Source of the DNA: Myxococcota bacterium
Lineage (GTDB): Bacteria > Myxococcota_A > UBA9160 > JAFDDA01
Assembly: GCA_965228475.1 (NCBI GenBank)
Contig: OZ245817.1
Span: forward strand, 768,001-832,000
Direction: 5' to 3'
DNA length: 64,000 nt
The notes under the pieces were generated by a model. It made no database searches, had not been told where the DNA came from, and worked only from the letters and a program-made list of their open reading frames with translations. Position 1 is the stretch's first letter. Each line of letters starts with the position of its first letter. Positions 7,285-18,230 of the stretch are shown piece by piece. A program made the translations under genes and the position numbers.

Positions 7285-9912
7285 CTAGCCCACGATGTTG
7301 ACGAGTCGCCCGGGGACCACGATCACCTTCTTCGGCGCGCGTCCCTCGAGGAACTTCTGCACGCGCTCCGAGGCGAGGGCGGCCGCTTCGACGGCGTCCT
7401 TCCCGGCCTCCGCGGGGACCTGGATCTCGTCGCGGCGCTTGCCGTTGACCTGAACCGCGAGGGTGATCGTGTCTTCCACCAGCATCGCCGGGTCCGCTTC
7501 GGGCCAGGGGGCGTAGGCGAGGGACTCGCCGTGGCCGAGCTTGCTCCACAGCTCCTCGGCGATGTGCGGCGCCATCGGCGCGAGCAGCAGGACGAACGCT
7601 TCGGCCGCCGCCCGCGGCACCGGGTCGCCGACGTCGCGCACGAAGATCATCAGCTTGGAGATGGCCGTGTTGAAGCTCATGGCCTCCATGTCGCGGGTCA
7701 CGCCGTCGATCGTCCGGGCGAGGAGGCGCCGCTGCTCTTCACTCCCTTCGCCGTCGGGGAGCGCGCGCAGGGCGTCGCCCTCGTCCTCGTCGACGAGGAG
7801 CCGCCACGAGCGCTGGAGGAAGCGGTAGACGCCCTGGGTGCCGTCCGTCGACCACGGGGCGCCCTTCTCGAGCGGGCCCATGAACATCTCGTAGAGGCGC
7901 ATGGCGTCGGCGCCGAGGTCGGCCACGACTTCGTCCGGCGAGATCACGTTGCCGCGGCTCTTCGACATCTTCTCGCTGACCTCCTCGAGCGGGAGGTCGT
8001 CGATGTCCGGGTGGAGCGGCGTGCCGTCTTCGTCACGGCGGACGTCGGCGAGGTTCACCCAGCGGGCCTTCACCTCGGTGTCGGTCGGGACGTGGATGGC
8101 GCGCTCCGCGCGAACACTCACCTGGGAGGCCGGAACGGCACGGGCTTCGAACGACGGGTCGTCGGCGAGGTTGTCGTCGTAGTAGCGGTAGCTGTAGCCC
8201 TGGACCATGCCCTGATTCACGAGGCGCTGGAACGGCTCCTTCGTGTGGACGAGGCCGAGGTCGTAGAAGACCTTGTGCCAGAAGCGCGCGTAGAGCAGAT
8301 GGAGGACGGCGTGCTCGGCGCCGCCGACGTAGAGGTCGACCGGCATCCAGTAGCGCTCCGCCTCCTCGGACCAGGCGGCATCCGGGTTCTGCGCGTCGCA
8401 GAAGCGCAGGTAGTACCAGCAGCTCCCGGCCCACTGGGGCATGGTGTTCGCGTCGCGCTCGGCGGGCTGGCCCGTCGACGGGTCCGTCGTCTGGATCCAA
8501 TCGTCGACCCGGGCGAGGGGGGAGCGGAAGTCGCCGCTCGGCTTGAAGTCGTCGAGCTCCGGGAGCAGGAGCGGGAGCTCCTCGAGCGGGAGAAGCTTCG
8601 TCGTGCCGTCCTCGCAGTGGATCAGCGGGAAGGGTTCACCCCAGTAGCGCTGTCGGCTGAAGAGCCAGTCGCGAAGCTTGTACGTCACCTCCGCTTCGCC
8701 GCGGCCGTGCTCGACGAGCCAGTCGATCATGCGGCGCTTGGCGTCGGGCGTGGCGAGCCCGTCGAGGAAGTCCGAGTTCACCGCGGAGCCCACGCCGGGG
8801 AAGGCGGCCTCCTCGACGTTGCCCCCGGAGACGACCTCCACGATCGGCAGGTCGAAGGTGCGGGCGAAGGCCCAGTCGCGCTCGTCGTGCCCGGGTACGG
8901 CCATGATGGCGCCGGTGCCGTAGGTGGCGAGGACGTAGTCCGCGATCCAGACCGGGATGCGCTCGCCGCTCACCGGGTGCACGGCGAAGGCGCCGGTATC
9001 GACGCCGGTCTTCTCGTCGGTGTCCGCCGTGCGGAGACGCTCGCTCTTGTGCTTCACGAGATCGACGTAGGCCGTGACGTCGGCGCGCCGGTCTTCGCGG
9101 GTGATCTTCTCGACGAGCGGGTGCTCCGGCGCGAGCACCATGTAGGTCGCACCGAAGAGCGTGTCCGGCCGCGTCGTGAAGACCTCGATCGTCTCGCCCG
9201 GGTGGTCGGCGAGATCGAAGGTGATGCGCGCGCCCTCGGACCGGCCGATCCAATCGCGCTGCATCTTCTTGATGGCCTCGGGCCAGTCCAGCCCTTCGAG
9301 GTCCTCGATCAGCCGGTCCGCGTAGGCGGTGATCTTCAGCATCCACTGGCGCATCGGCCGCCGCTCGACGGGGTGCCCGCCGACCTCGCTCTTGCCGTCG
9401 ATCACCTCTTCGTTCGCGAGCACGGTGCCGAGCGCCGGGCACCAGTTCACCGGCACCTCCGCCTGGTAGGCGAGCCCGCGCTCGTGGAGCTTCGTGAAGA
9501 TCCACTGGGTCCACTTCACGTAGCCCGGGTCCGTCGTGTCGACCTCGCGGGACCAGTCGTAGCTGAAGCCGAGCGAGCGGATCTGGCGCTTGAAGTTGGC
9601 GATGTTGCGCGCCGTGGTCTCACGCGGGTGCGTGCCGGTCTTGACCGCGTACTGTTCGGCCGGGAGGCCGAAGGCGTCCCAGCCCATGGGGTGCAGCACC
9701 GCGAAGCCGCGCATCCGCTTGTAGCGGGCGACGAAGTCCGTCGCCGTGTAGCCCTTCGGGTGGCCGACGTGCAGCCCGTCGCCGGAGGGGTAGGGGAACA
9801 TGTCGAGGACGTAGTACTTGGGCTTGTCCGGGTCGATCTCCGCCCGGAACGTCTCGTGCTCTTCCCAATGGGCCTGCCAGCGGGCCTCGATGGACTTCGG
9901 ATCGTACGGCAT
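7285..9912 (-). CDS. leuS: Leucine--tRNA ligase
   Basis: [22 protein letters not shown], editing-domain TTRPDT and [21 protein letters not shown]-terminal VPGRLVNIV; start at MPYDPK. Confidence 0.98.
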   Translation of the reverse strand: MPYDPKSIEARWQAHWEEHETFRAEIDPDKPKYYVLDMFPYPSGDGLHVGHPKGYTATDFVARYKRMRGFAVLHPMGWDAFGLPAEQYAVKTGTHPRETTARNIANFKRQIRSLGFSYDWSREVDTTDPGYVKWTQWIFTKLHERGLAYQAEVPVNWCPALGTVLANEEVIDGKSEVGGHPVERRPMRQWMLKITAYADRLIEDLEGLDWPEAIKKMQRDWIGRSEGARITFDLADHPGETIEVFTTRPDTLFGATYMVLAPEHPLVEKITREDRRADVTAYVDLVKHKSERLRTADTDEKTGVDTGAFAVHPVSGERIPVWIADYVLATYGTGAIMAVPGHDERDWAFARTFDLPIVEVVSGGNVEEAAFPGVGSAVNSDFLDGLATPDAKRRMIDWLVEHGRGEAEVTYKLRDWLFSRQRYWGEPFPLIHCEDGTTKLLPLEELPLLLPELDDFKPSGDFRSPLARVDDWIQTTDPSTGQPAERDANTMPQWAGSCWYYLRFCDAQNPDAAWSEEAERYWMPVDLYVGGAEHAVLHLLYARFWHKVFYDLGLVHTKEPFQRLVNQGMVQGYSYRYYDDNLADDPSFEARAVPASQVSVRAERAIHVPTDTEVKARWVNLADVRRDEDGTPLHPDIDDLPLEEVSEKMSKSRGNVISPDEVVADLGADAMRLYEMFMGPLEKGAPWSTDGTQGVYRFLQRSWRLLVDEDEGDALRALPDGEGSEEQRRLLARTIDGVTRDMEAMSFNTAISKLMIFVRDVGDPVPRAAAEAFVLLLAPMAPHIAEELWSKLGHGESLAYAPWPEADPAMLVEDTITLAVQVNGKRRDEIQVPAEAGKDAVEAAALASERVQKFLEGRAPKKVIVVPGRLVNIVG

Positions 9913-10037
9913 GGGCGGAGAGTGCCGGTGCCTCCGGTCCCAGTCAACGCCGTCGCGGCGGCTTCGAACGATGCTCACCGGCCGTCGAGGGCGGGCGCGC
10001 CGCCCCAACCCCGGGCCCCCCTGCTAGCCTGCCGTCC

Positions 10038-10847
10038 ATGGGCACCAGCGCGAAACGCGACCGGCAGATCGTGGTCGTCTCCGACGGGACGGGAGACACG
10101 GCCGGCGCCCTCGTGCGCGCGGCGATGGCGCAATTCTCGACGCCGTGGCGGCTGCGCATCTTCGGCGGCGTCCGGCACAAGTCCCAGCTTCGCCGGCCCG
10201 TGGACCAGGCGGCGCAGGACGGCGCGCTGCTCGTCTTCACCCTCGTCGACCGGGAGGTCGCGCGCTCGCTGCTCGAGGCGGCCAAGCGCAACGGCCTCGC
10301 CGCCGTCGACCTGCTCGAGCCCGTCATGGGCAGCATCGCCTCCCACCTCTCGGCCGAGCCGCGCCGGGAGCCGGGCATCCTCCACGGCTTCAACGACGAG
10401 TACTTCCAACGGGTCGAGGCGGTGGAGTTCGCCGTCCGCCACGACGACGGCGCGAACCTCCGCACCCTGTTCCAGGCCGACCTCGTGCTGACCGGCCCCT
10501 CGCGCACGTCGAAGACGCCGCTCTCGATGTATCTGGCCCAACGGGGCTTCAAGACCGGGAACGTCCCGCTCGTCCCGGGCATCGAGCCGCCGAAGGAGCT
10601 GCTCGAGCTCGACCCGGGCAAGGTGATCGGGCTGCTCGCCCAGTCCGAGGTGCTCGAGACCGTCCGGCGCGCGCGCGTCCACCGGCTCGGGCGCTCTCCC
10701 TACTCGTCCTACTCCGAGTCCGAGGCCGTCGAGCAGGAGCTCGTCTTCGCGCGGCGGCTCTATCGCGAGCGTGGCTGGCGCAGCGTCGACATCACCGGCC
10801 GCGCCGTCGAGGAGAACGCGGCGCGCATCCTCGAAGTCAACGAGTAG
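10038..10847 (+). CDS. ppsR: PEP synthase/pyruvate phosphate dikinase regulatory protein (kinase-pyrophosphorylase, DUF299)
   Basis: VSDGTGDTA, EAVEFAVRHDDG and GPSRTSKTPLSMYLA motifs. Confidence 0.92.
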   Translation: MGTSAKRDRQIVVVSDGTGDTAGALVRAAMAQFSTPWRLRIFGGVRHKSQLRRPVDQAAQDGALLVFTLVDREVARSLLEAAKRNGLAAVDLLEPVMGSIASHLSAEPRREPGILHGFNDEYFQRVEAVEFAVRHDDGANLRTLFQADLVLTGPSRTSKTPLSMYLAQRGFKTGNVPLVPGIEPPKELLELDPGKVIGLLAQSEVLETVRRARVHRLGRSPYSSYSESEAVEQELVFARRLYRERGWRSVDITGRAVEENAARILEVNE

Positions 10848-10859
10848 GGCCGGACGAGA

Positions 10860-10889
10860 AGGGGCGGAGCTGCAAGCAGCCCCGCCCCT
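10860..10889. terminator. GC-rich hairpin between convergent genes
   Basis: aggggcggagctgc-aa-gcagccccgcccct, one mismatch, no U tract. Confidence 0.55.
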
Positions 10890-10912
10890 CGTGCGATCCA
10901 GCGAGCCGCAGG

Positions 10913-13900
10913 CTAGTCGTCCCGCATGCCCTTCTGCCGCTCGAGCTCCTTGTGGGCCTCGAGCGATTCCATCTGGTCCTCGGTCAGCAGCGCGGTGGCC
11001 ACCTTCGGGCGCAGGATGGAGTAGAAGGCCGGCACGATCGTGAGCGCGCCGAGCATGTTGATGACCATGAGGATCACCAGCAGCTGGGCCATCTCGGCCT
11101 GGAAGCGCAGGTTCGAGAACATCCACAGGGCGATGCCGCCGACGATGGTGGTGGCCGTGAAGCTCACCGCCATGCCGGTGGTACGGACGCTCCGTCTCAC
11201 CGCTTCGTCGATGTCTTCGGTATCGACCACCTCCTGTCGGATGCGGTCCACGATGTAGATCGCGTAGTCGACGCCGATGCCGACGCCCACCGACTGCACC
11301 GGCAGGGTGTTGATGTTCAGGCCGACGCCGCGCACGGCCATGTAGGCCAGGGAGAGCATCGTCGCCGTTGCGATCTGCAACAGGATGATGAAGCCCGACG
11401 GCACCGACTTGTACGTCACCGAGTGCAGCACGAAGATCACGAAGAAGATGAGCGAGATGTTCGCCACGTGGCTCCGCTCGACTTCGTCGTTGATCGCGGC
11501 CAGAACGCCCATCGTGCCGCCGGCCATCACGAACTGCATGCCGCGCGTCCAGCTGTTGGTGAGCTGGTAGGCCGGCTTGGAGTCGACCGCCTTCGTGTCC
11601 ATCACGAGCAGGCGGTTCGTGTCCACCTCGACGGCGCGAATGCCGAGCTCGGTGCTCTCGAACCACTGACCGACGTCACCCTCTTCCCAGGTGCCGAGGA
11701 TCTCGGGCCACGGGAAGTGCTCGTCTTCGGGCCAGTCCCAGAGCGTGTTCTCGTAGTCCTCGTGCGCCGCGGCCTGGAACTCCTCGAGCCACTCGGGCAG
11801 TCCGTCCTCGTCCGCCGTCTTCACGGGCAGGGATTCGTAGCTGCCGTCGTCCTGACGGACGCGCACGGTGAGCGTGTGGTGACGGGTGGGAAGCAGCGGG
11901 CCGAGCATGTAGTACCACATGTCCATCAGCTTCTCGGGGTCCGTGTAGCCCGCGTCCTGATGCGCTTCGTCGCGGTCGAGCCGCACCGAGACCTCACCCG
12001 TCGGGTGGTTCTTGATGTACTCCTCCGCGAAGTGCACCACCCGGACGATCGTCTCGCCCTTGTGGTCCGGATAGAAGAACGAGATGTTCGCGTCCTTGCC
12101 CTCGTCGGTCATGTAGGGGCGCAGGAAGCCGGGCGGACCGTTCGTCTGGAGCTGGAAGATGATCTGGCGCACCGTCGCCTGGTCGTCGGGCACGAAGCCC
12201 CACTTCGGGTCGCCGTAGTGGTTCATCTGCCAGGAGCCCGCGATGAAGGGCACGAGCGAGAGCGTCGCGCCGAGGTTCGTGCGCTCCTTCATGTAGCGCT
12301 CGAACTCCTCCATCCGGAGCACGGGCTTGGCGTCGCCGCTGGCGTTGGGGCGGTCGCCGGCCGAGTAGATCACGATCTGATCGACGCCGCCGAAGCGGTC
12401 TGCGATCTCGCCGGTGGCGACGTTGAACTCGTGATTCGGCCACAGGAGCGGTGAGCCCGGCGTGGCCTGGCCGACCTTCGAGTGGAAGAGCGCCATCCAC
12501 GAACCCCAGATGAAGAGCACCACCGTGATGCCGCCCACGATGAACTTGCCGGGCGACGTGGTGGTGATGTTCCCGATGGCGCGTGTGAAGGCGACCATCG
12601 CTTGGGGCAGGAAGTGCTCGTGCTCCTTCGGGGCCGGCAGGTAGCAGATCATCACCGGGTGGAGGATCTCCACCGTGGCGAGAATCGAGAGCACCCAGAA
12701 GGCACCGAACTCGGCCAGGTCCCGCATCTGCGGGATCGTGGTCACCATGATCACGAGCAGGCCCGCGACGTCGGTGATGATGCCGAGCGTGCCCGGGACG
12801 ACCAGCTCGCCCATGGCGATGGTGGCCGCTTCGACCTTCGCCTTCTCCGGATCCTCGTATTGGGGCGCGAGGATCTCGTAGTCCTCGAAGAACCGCTCGG
12901 CCATCTGCACGGTGTGCGAGATGGCGCGCGCGGTGATGATCATCGGGATCACGAGGACCAGCGGGTCGAAGGTGATGCCGCGCCAACCCGTGTAGCCCGT
13001 GCCCCAGATCACCGTCGCGACGGCGGCGATGAAGGGGATGAGCACGCCGTGGAGCCGCCGGAAGTAGGCGAGCAGCAGGGCGAAGATCATCAGGACCGTC
13101 AGCACGACGAACAGGCCGATCTCGTAGGCGTGCTTCAGGATCCAGCCGACGTGGACCGGTTCGCCCGAGACGAAGACCTGGAGATCGCAGCCGGCGGGCC
13201 ATTGGCTCTCGGTGCTCGAGGTCGTGAACAGGCGGGTGACCGAGCTCGTGACGCGGCTCGCGAAGCGCGTGATCGCACCGCCGGACTCACCCGGATGGCA
13301 GGCGGGGTCCTCGAACTCGTACTTGATCCCCTGGATGTGGTCGAAGACGGACTGATAGACCTCGCGGCCCGAGAGCCGGTCGGTGACGAAGCCGGCGGTG
13401 ATCAGCGCACCCTTCTCGTCCTTCGAAACCAGGCGACCGTAGATGAACGGCGGGTTCTGGAGAACGAGCTCCCGGAGCGCGTCGGCTTCCGCCTGGGTCT
13501 CCGGCAGCTTCTTCATGAGCAGGTCCGAGGTGATCGAGCCGTCGGGCTCGATCTGGATCACCCGCGTGCTGCGGTGGGAGACCGACCGGATCTGGTCGTG
13601 GTTGACCGGATAAGGGGGGAACTCCCGGTCGAGGATCTTGTTCAGCTCCGAGGTCTCGATGTCCTCGTTCGCTTCCTCGAGCTCTTCGCGTCGCGCTTCG
13701 CGCGCTTCGGTCTGGCTGTCGTAGCCGATGCCGTCGAGGCGCTGCGTGATCTTCTGGATCTTCTCGAGGCGCTCCGGCGTGAAGATCGTGCCGTCCCGCA
13801 CGACGACCGCGACCGCGACGAGGGAGCCGCTGCCGAACTCCTTCGCGAACTTGTCCTGGGCGTGGATGAACGGGTGGTCCGGCCAGAGCGCCCGCGCCTC

Positions 13901-14092
13901 GGTGTCGACCCGGACGATGGGTCCGGGCAGGGGCGAGCCGAGGCCCGTCATGATGGCGTTCACCATCGGGTAGAGGAAGAACAGCGTTGCGAGAATCAGC
14001 GCAACCGCGATTCCAAAACGCTGGCGCACCACCCACCGCGCAAAACGAAGACTCCCGGTATCCCGAGCGTGGGAGACGGGTTCGTTGGACAT
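10913..14092 (-). CDS. MMPL/RND-family transporter (1059 aa)
   Basis: Duplicated 1+5 TM architecture; GIGVDYAIY motif; two large periplasmic domains. Confidence 0.9.
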   Translation of the reverse strand: MSNEPVSHARDTGSLRFARWVVRQRFGIAVALILATLFFLYPMVNAIMTGLGSPLPGPIVRVDTEARALWPDHPFIHAQDKFAKEFGSGSLVAVAVVVRDGTIFTPERLEKIQKITQRLDGIGYDSQTEAREARREELEEANEDIETSELNKILDREFPPYPVNHDQIRSVSHRSTRVIQIEPDGSITSDLLMKKLPETQAEADALRELVLQNPPFIYGRLVSKDEKGALITAGFVTDRLSGREVYQSVFDHIQGIKYEFEDPACHPGESGGAITRFASRVTSSVTRLFTTSSTESQWPAGCDLQVFVSGEPVHVGWILKHAYEIGLFVVLTVLMIFALLLAYFRRLHGVLIPFIAAVATVIWGTGYTGWRGITFDPLVLVIPMIITARAISHTVQMAERFFEDYEILAPQYEDPEKAKVEAATIAMGELVVPGTLGIITDVAGLLVIMVTTIPQMRDLAEFGAFWVLSILATVEILHPVMICYLPAPKEHEHFLPQAMVAFTRAIGNITTTSPGKFIVGGITVVLFIWGSWMALFHSKVGQATPGSPLLWPNHEFNVATGEIADRFGGVDQIVIYSAGDRPNASGDAKPVLRMEEFERYMKERTNLGATLSLVPFIAGSWQMNHYGDPKWGFVPDDQATVRQIIFQLQTNGPPGFLRPYMTDEGKDANISFFYPDHKGETIVRVVHFAEEYIKNHPTGEVSVRLDRDEAHQDAGYTDPEKLMDMWYYMLGPLLPTRHHTLTVRVRQDDGSYESLPVKTADEDGLPEWLEEFQAAAHEDYENTLWDWPEDEHFPWPEILGTWEEGDVGQWFESTELGIRAVEVDTNRLLVMDTKAVDSKPAYQLTNSWTRGMQFVMAGGTMGVLAAINDEVERSHVANISLIFFVIFVLHSVTYKSVPSGFIILLQIATATMLSLAYMAVRGVGLNINTLPVQSVGVGIGVDYAIYIVDRIRQEVVDTEDIDEAVRRSVRTTGMAVSFTATTIVGGIALWMFSNLRFQAEMAQLLVILMVINMLGALTIVPAFYSILRPKVATALLTEDQMESLEAHKELERQKGMRDD

Positions 14093-14468
14093 GCTTCCCC
14101 CTGAGACGAGCCGATCATTTCCGGCCGTTCGAACGTTCTAACGACGCCGACGCCCCTCGGACCGATTCAGGTCGACCCGTCGCCGCGCGCACATACCCCG
14201 CCGTCAGCCACCCCTCCCGGGCCGGGAAAGCGCCAGCGCGCCGTCCCGACCCGTCCGTGGCCGGTCCGGTCCAAGGAAGATTTCCTGAGGGCCGAAGCGG
14301 AGGTGGGGGGGCCAATTGCGGCGGCCAGTATACGACGGCGAGCCGCGGTTTCGACGAAAAGTCACGCCAGCGAAACCATCTTGGCGCCCACCGGGTGCGG
14401 CCCGGCGGGGCCGGGTGCCCCCGAGACGGCCGATGGGGCGCGGTTTTCCGGCGTGCTACGCAGGGGCG

Positions 14469-15458
14469 ATGGGGCTCCCCGAGGTCTTCGTCACCCGTGC
14501 CCTCCCGGCGGAGGTGCTGGCGCGGCTCGACGGCCGCGTCTCGTGGCGCTGCTGGCCGGGGGAGGGCGCCCCGTCGCGCGAGGCCCTGCTAGAGGGCGCC
14601 GCCCGCGCCGAGGGTCTCCTCTGCCTCCTGACGGACCCGATCGACGCCACCCTCCTCGACGCCGCCGCGAGCCTCCGGGTGATCTCGAGCTGCTCGGTGG
14701 GGCTCGACCACATCGACCTCGCCGCGGCCAGCGTCCGGGGCATCCCGGTGGGCCACACCCCCGGCGTCCTGGCCGAGACGACCGCGGACCTGACCCTGGC
14801 TCTCGCGCTGGCCGCCGCCCGGCGCATCCCCGAGGCCGATGCCTTCGTCCGTTCCGGGGGCTGGACGCCCGAGCGCCACTGGGCTCCGGACCTGATGCTC
14901 GGCCGGGACCTCCACGGCAGCACGGTCGGGCTGGTCGGCCTCGGGGCCATCGGCCAGGCCGTGGCCCGCCGGCTCGCGGGCTTCGGCTGCCGGGTCCTCG
15001 GCTGGACGCGGAGCGGCCGGGGCGTGCCCGGCGTAGAGGCCGTCTCGCTCGACGCGCTGCTTCGGGCCTCCGATTTCGTGAGCCTTCACGTGGCCTTGGC
15101 CGAGGAGACCCGAGGGCTGCTCGGGGCCGCGGAACTCGCCGCCATGAAGCCCGGCTCGATCCTCGTGAACACCGCCCGCGGCGGCCTCGTGGACGAGGCG
15201 GCGCTCGCCCGAGCGCTGGCCTCGGGTCACCTGGCGGCGGCCGCCCTCGACGTCTTCGAGGGGGAGCCGCTCGACCCGGCGAGCCCGCTCCTCGGGGCGC
15301 CGAACCTCGTCGTGGCGCCCCACATCGGGAGCGCCAGCGTCCGGACGCGGACCCGCATGGCCGAACTCGCCGTCGAGAACCTGCTGGCGGGCCTGGCCGG
15401 CGAACCGATGCCGGCCTGCGCCAACGCCGCGGACCTATCGCGGGCGAGCCGGCTCTAG
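14469..15458 (+). CDS. D-2-hydroxyacid dehydrogenase (glyoxylate/hydroxypyruvate reductase type)
   Basis: VFVTR start, GLGAIG Rossmann motif, NTARGG, LDVFEGEP, PHIGSA. Confidence 0.92.
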   Translation: MGLPEVFVTRALPAEVLARLDGRVSWRCWPGEGAPSREALLEGAARAEGLLCLLTDPIDATLLDAAASLRVISSCSVGLDHIDLAAASVRGIPVGHTPGVLAETTADLTLALALAAARRIPEADAFVRSGGWTPERHWAPDLMLGRDLHGSTVGLVGLGAIGQAVARRLAGFGCRVLGWTRSGRGVPGVEAVSLDALLRASDFVSLHVALAEETRGLLGAAELAAMKPGSILVNTARGGLVDEAALARALASGHLAAAALDVFEGEPLDPASPLLGAPNLVVAPHIGSASVRTRTRMAELAVENLLAGLAGEPMPACANAADLSRASRL

Positions 15459-16072
15459 AGCACCTGCCGACACCGCTCGGCGAAGCTCCGAGGCGAGACG
15501 ATCTCTGCGCCGTGGTGCCGCGCTCGGTCCGCGAGCTTCCGGTCCGCCGTCACCACGGCCACGGCTCGCCCCCGGGGCGTGGACTTGACCTCCCGCACCA
15601 GCCACTCGTCCGCGGAAGGGGCGAAGACCTGTCGAACCCTCGAGGCTTCGGGCTGGGGTTCGCCCGGATCGTCCCCATCGAAGACCACCACGATCTCGGC
15701 GTCGACCTCCGGGAGCCCGGCCGCCAGCTCGAGAACGCGCTCCCGGGCGGGCCGGCGCCACCACTCGCTGCGCTCGCGCCCGGTCAGGACGGCGGCGTGC
15801 AACAGGTTGAAGCCATCGACGAGCCAGACCCGGCTCGATTCCGACTCTTCCGCGTGCGGGTCGGCCATGGCTAGAGAGTAGGGAGAGGCCCCGCCGGCCC
15901 CAAACCGGCTCGGCGGCTCCTCGAACAGGGCGGCCGCCCCGAGCCCCCCGGCCACGAAGAGGGCCACGATCACCAGCGCGCCGCCCGACTCGCTCCAGAA
16001 CCCCGCCTCGTCCCGCTCCCCGCTGCCCTCGCCGTCCCGCTCCCCGCTGCCCTCTCTCGTTTCCTCGCGCAT
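15455..16072 (-). CDS. YacP-like NYN (PIN-fold) domain protein; start 16072 (with TM segment) or 15868
   Basis: LVDGFNL, VVFDG, SADEWL and VVTADR acidic motifs. Confidence 0.75.
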   Translation of the reverse strand: MREETREGSGERDGEGSGERDEAGFWSESGGALVIVALFVAGGLGAAALFEEPPSRFGAGGASPYSLAMADPHAEESESSRVWLVDGFNLLHAAVLTGRERSEWWRRPARERVLELAAGLPEVDAEIVVVFDGDDPGEPQPEASRVRQVFAPSADEWLVREVKSTPRGRAVAVVTADRKLADRARHHGAEIVSPRSFAERCRQVL

Positions 16073-16194
16073 GGCCGCCCTCCGTCTTCGAGCCCCAGCA
16101 TCCGCCGGCCGCGTGACAGGGGCGGTCACGGCCGGGAGTCGGGCCCGGAGCGCGGCAGGGGCGGTCGCGCCCGGGATGCGATAAACGGGCCTGC

Positions 16195-17052
<858 letters not shown>

Positions 17053-17056
17053 ACCC

Positions 17057-18112
17057 GTGACTTCCTCGGAAACACCCGCCGCGCAGGGCTACCGCTGGCC
17101 GGCCGAGTGGGAGCCCCACGAAGCCACCTGGCTCGCCTGGCCCCACGATCGCGAGACCTGGCCCGGCTGCCTCGAGGCGGCCGAGCGCGCCTTCGTTGCG
17201 ATGGCGCGCGTCCTCGCGCCGAACGAGCGCGTCTGCATCAACGTCGGCGACGCGGCCCTCGAAGCACGCGCCCGCCGCGCCCTCACCGAGGGCGGCGTCG
17301 ACCCCGCCGCCGGCCGCGGCGTCGTCTTCCACCGCATCCCGAGCGACGACGCCTGGATCCGCGACCACGGCCCGAGCTTCCTCGTCCGCGAGCGGGAGGG
17401 CCTGCGGGAGCACGCGCTGCTCGACACCGGCTTCGATGCCTGGGGCGGGAAGTATCCGCCCTGGGATCAGGACGCCGCCGTCCCCGAAGCGATGGCGCGC
17501 ACGCTCGGGCTGCCGCGCTTCTCCGTGCCCGGCGTGCTCGAGGGCGGCTCGATCGACGGCAACGGCGCCGGGACGATCCTCACGACCGAGGAGTGCCTGC
17601 TCCACGAAAACCGCGGCGGCCGGACGCGCGAAGCCTGCGAGGCGCTGCTCGCCGACTGGTTCGGCGCGCGCCAGGTCGTATGGCTCGGCCGCGGCATCGC
17701 CGGCGACGACACCGACGGCCACGTCGACGACGTCACGCGCTTCGTCGCCGAGGACACCGTGGTCACGGTGCTCCCGGAGGACGACACGCATCCCGACGCC
17801 CCCGCGCTCCGCGAGAACGAACGCCGCCTCCGCGCCGCGCGCTGCGCTGAAGGAAAGCCGCTCCGCGTCGTCCCGCTCCCGGCCGCCCCGATCCTGCACG
17901 GCCCCGAGGGACCCCTCCCCGCGAGCTACGCCAACTTCTACCTCGCGAACGGGGTCTGCCTCGTCCCGACCTTCGCCGCCCCGAGCGACGCCCGGGCCCT
18001 CGACGTGCTCGCCGAACTCCTCCCGGGCCGCGACGTCGTCGGCATCGATGCCCGCACGCTCGTCGTGGGCCTCGGCGCCGTCCACTGCCTGACGCAGCAG
18101 CAGCCGCGCTGA
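17057..18112 (+). CDS. aguA: Agmatine deiminase
   Basis: PAEWEPH, WIRDHGP, LEGG, TDGHVD, SYANFY and HCLTQQQP motifs. Confidence 0.93.
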   Translation: MTSSETPAAQGYRWPAEWEPHEATWLAWPHDRETWPGCLEAAERAFVAMARVLAPNERVCINVGDAALEARARRALTEGGVDPAAGRGVVFHRIPSDDAWIRDHGPSFLVREREGLREHALLDTGFDAWGGKYPPWDQDAAVPEAMARTLGLPRFSVPGVLEGGSIDGNGAGTILTTEECLLHENRGGRTREACEALLADWFGARQVVWLGRGIAGDDTDGHVDDVTRFVAEDTVVTVLPEDDTHPDAPALRENERRLRAARCAEGKPLRVVPLPAAPILHGPEGPLPASYANFYLANGVCLVPTFAAPSDARALDVLAELLPGRDVVGIDARTLVVGLGAVHCLTQQQPR

Positions 18113-18118
18113 GGCCGG

Positions 18119-18165
18119 TTGTGAAGTAGTTCACAGTCCGCCCGGCCCTGTGAACTACTTCACTT
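18119..18165. promoter_or_regulatory. Perfect 16-bp inverted repeat made of two GTGAA-N4-TTCAC (Rex-like) boxes; may also act as terminator
   Basis: gtgaagtagttcacag (18121-18136), 11-nt loop, ctgtgaactacttcac (18148-18163). Confidence 0.5.
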
Positions 18166-18230
18166 CGCCGCCGGGGCCCCGTCCGTAGTCTCGTCTCGTA
18201 CCAGCGATCCATGCTGGCGCGGAGACACCG

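Noticed and set aside
7980..8190. Insertion before KMSKS in LeuS as a possible intein
   Set aside because: It sits at the variable leucine-specific domain and lacks intein terminal residues.
7531..10491. 986-aa plus-strand ORF opposite leuS
   Set aside because: Antisense shadow caused by stop-codon scarcity at high GC.
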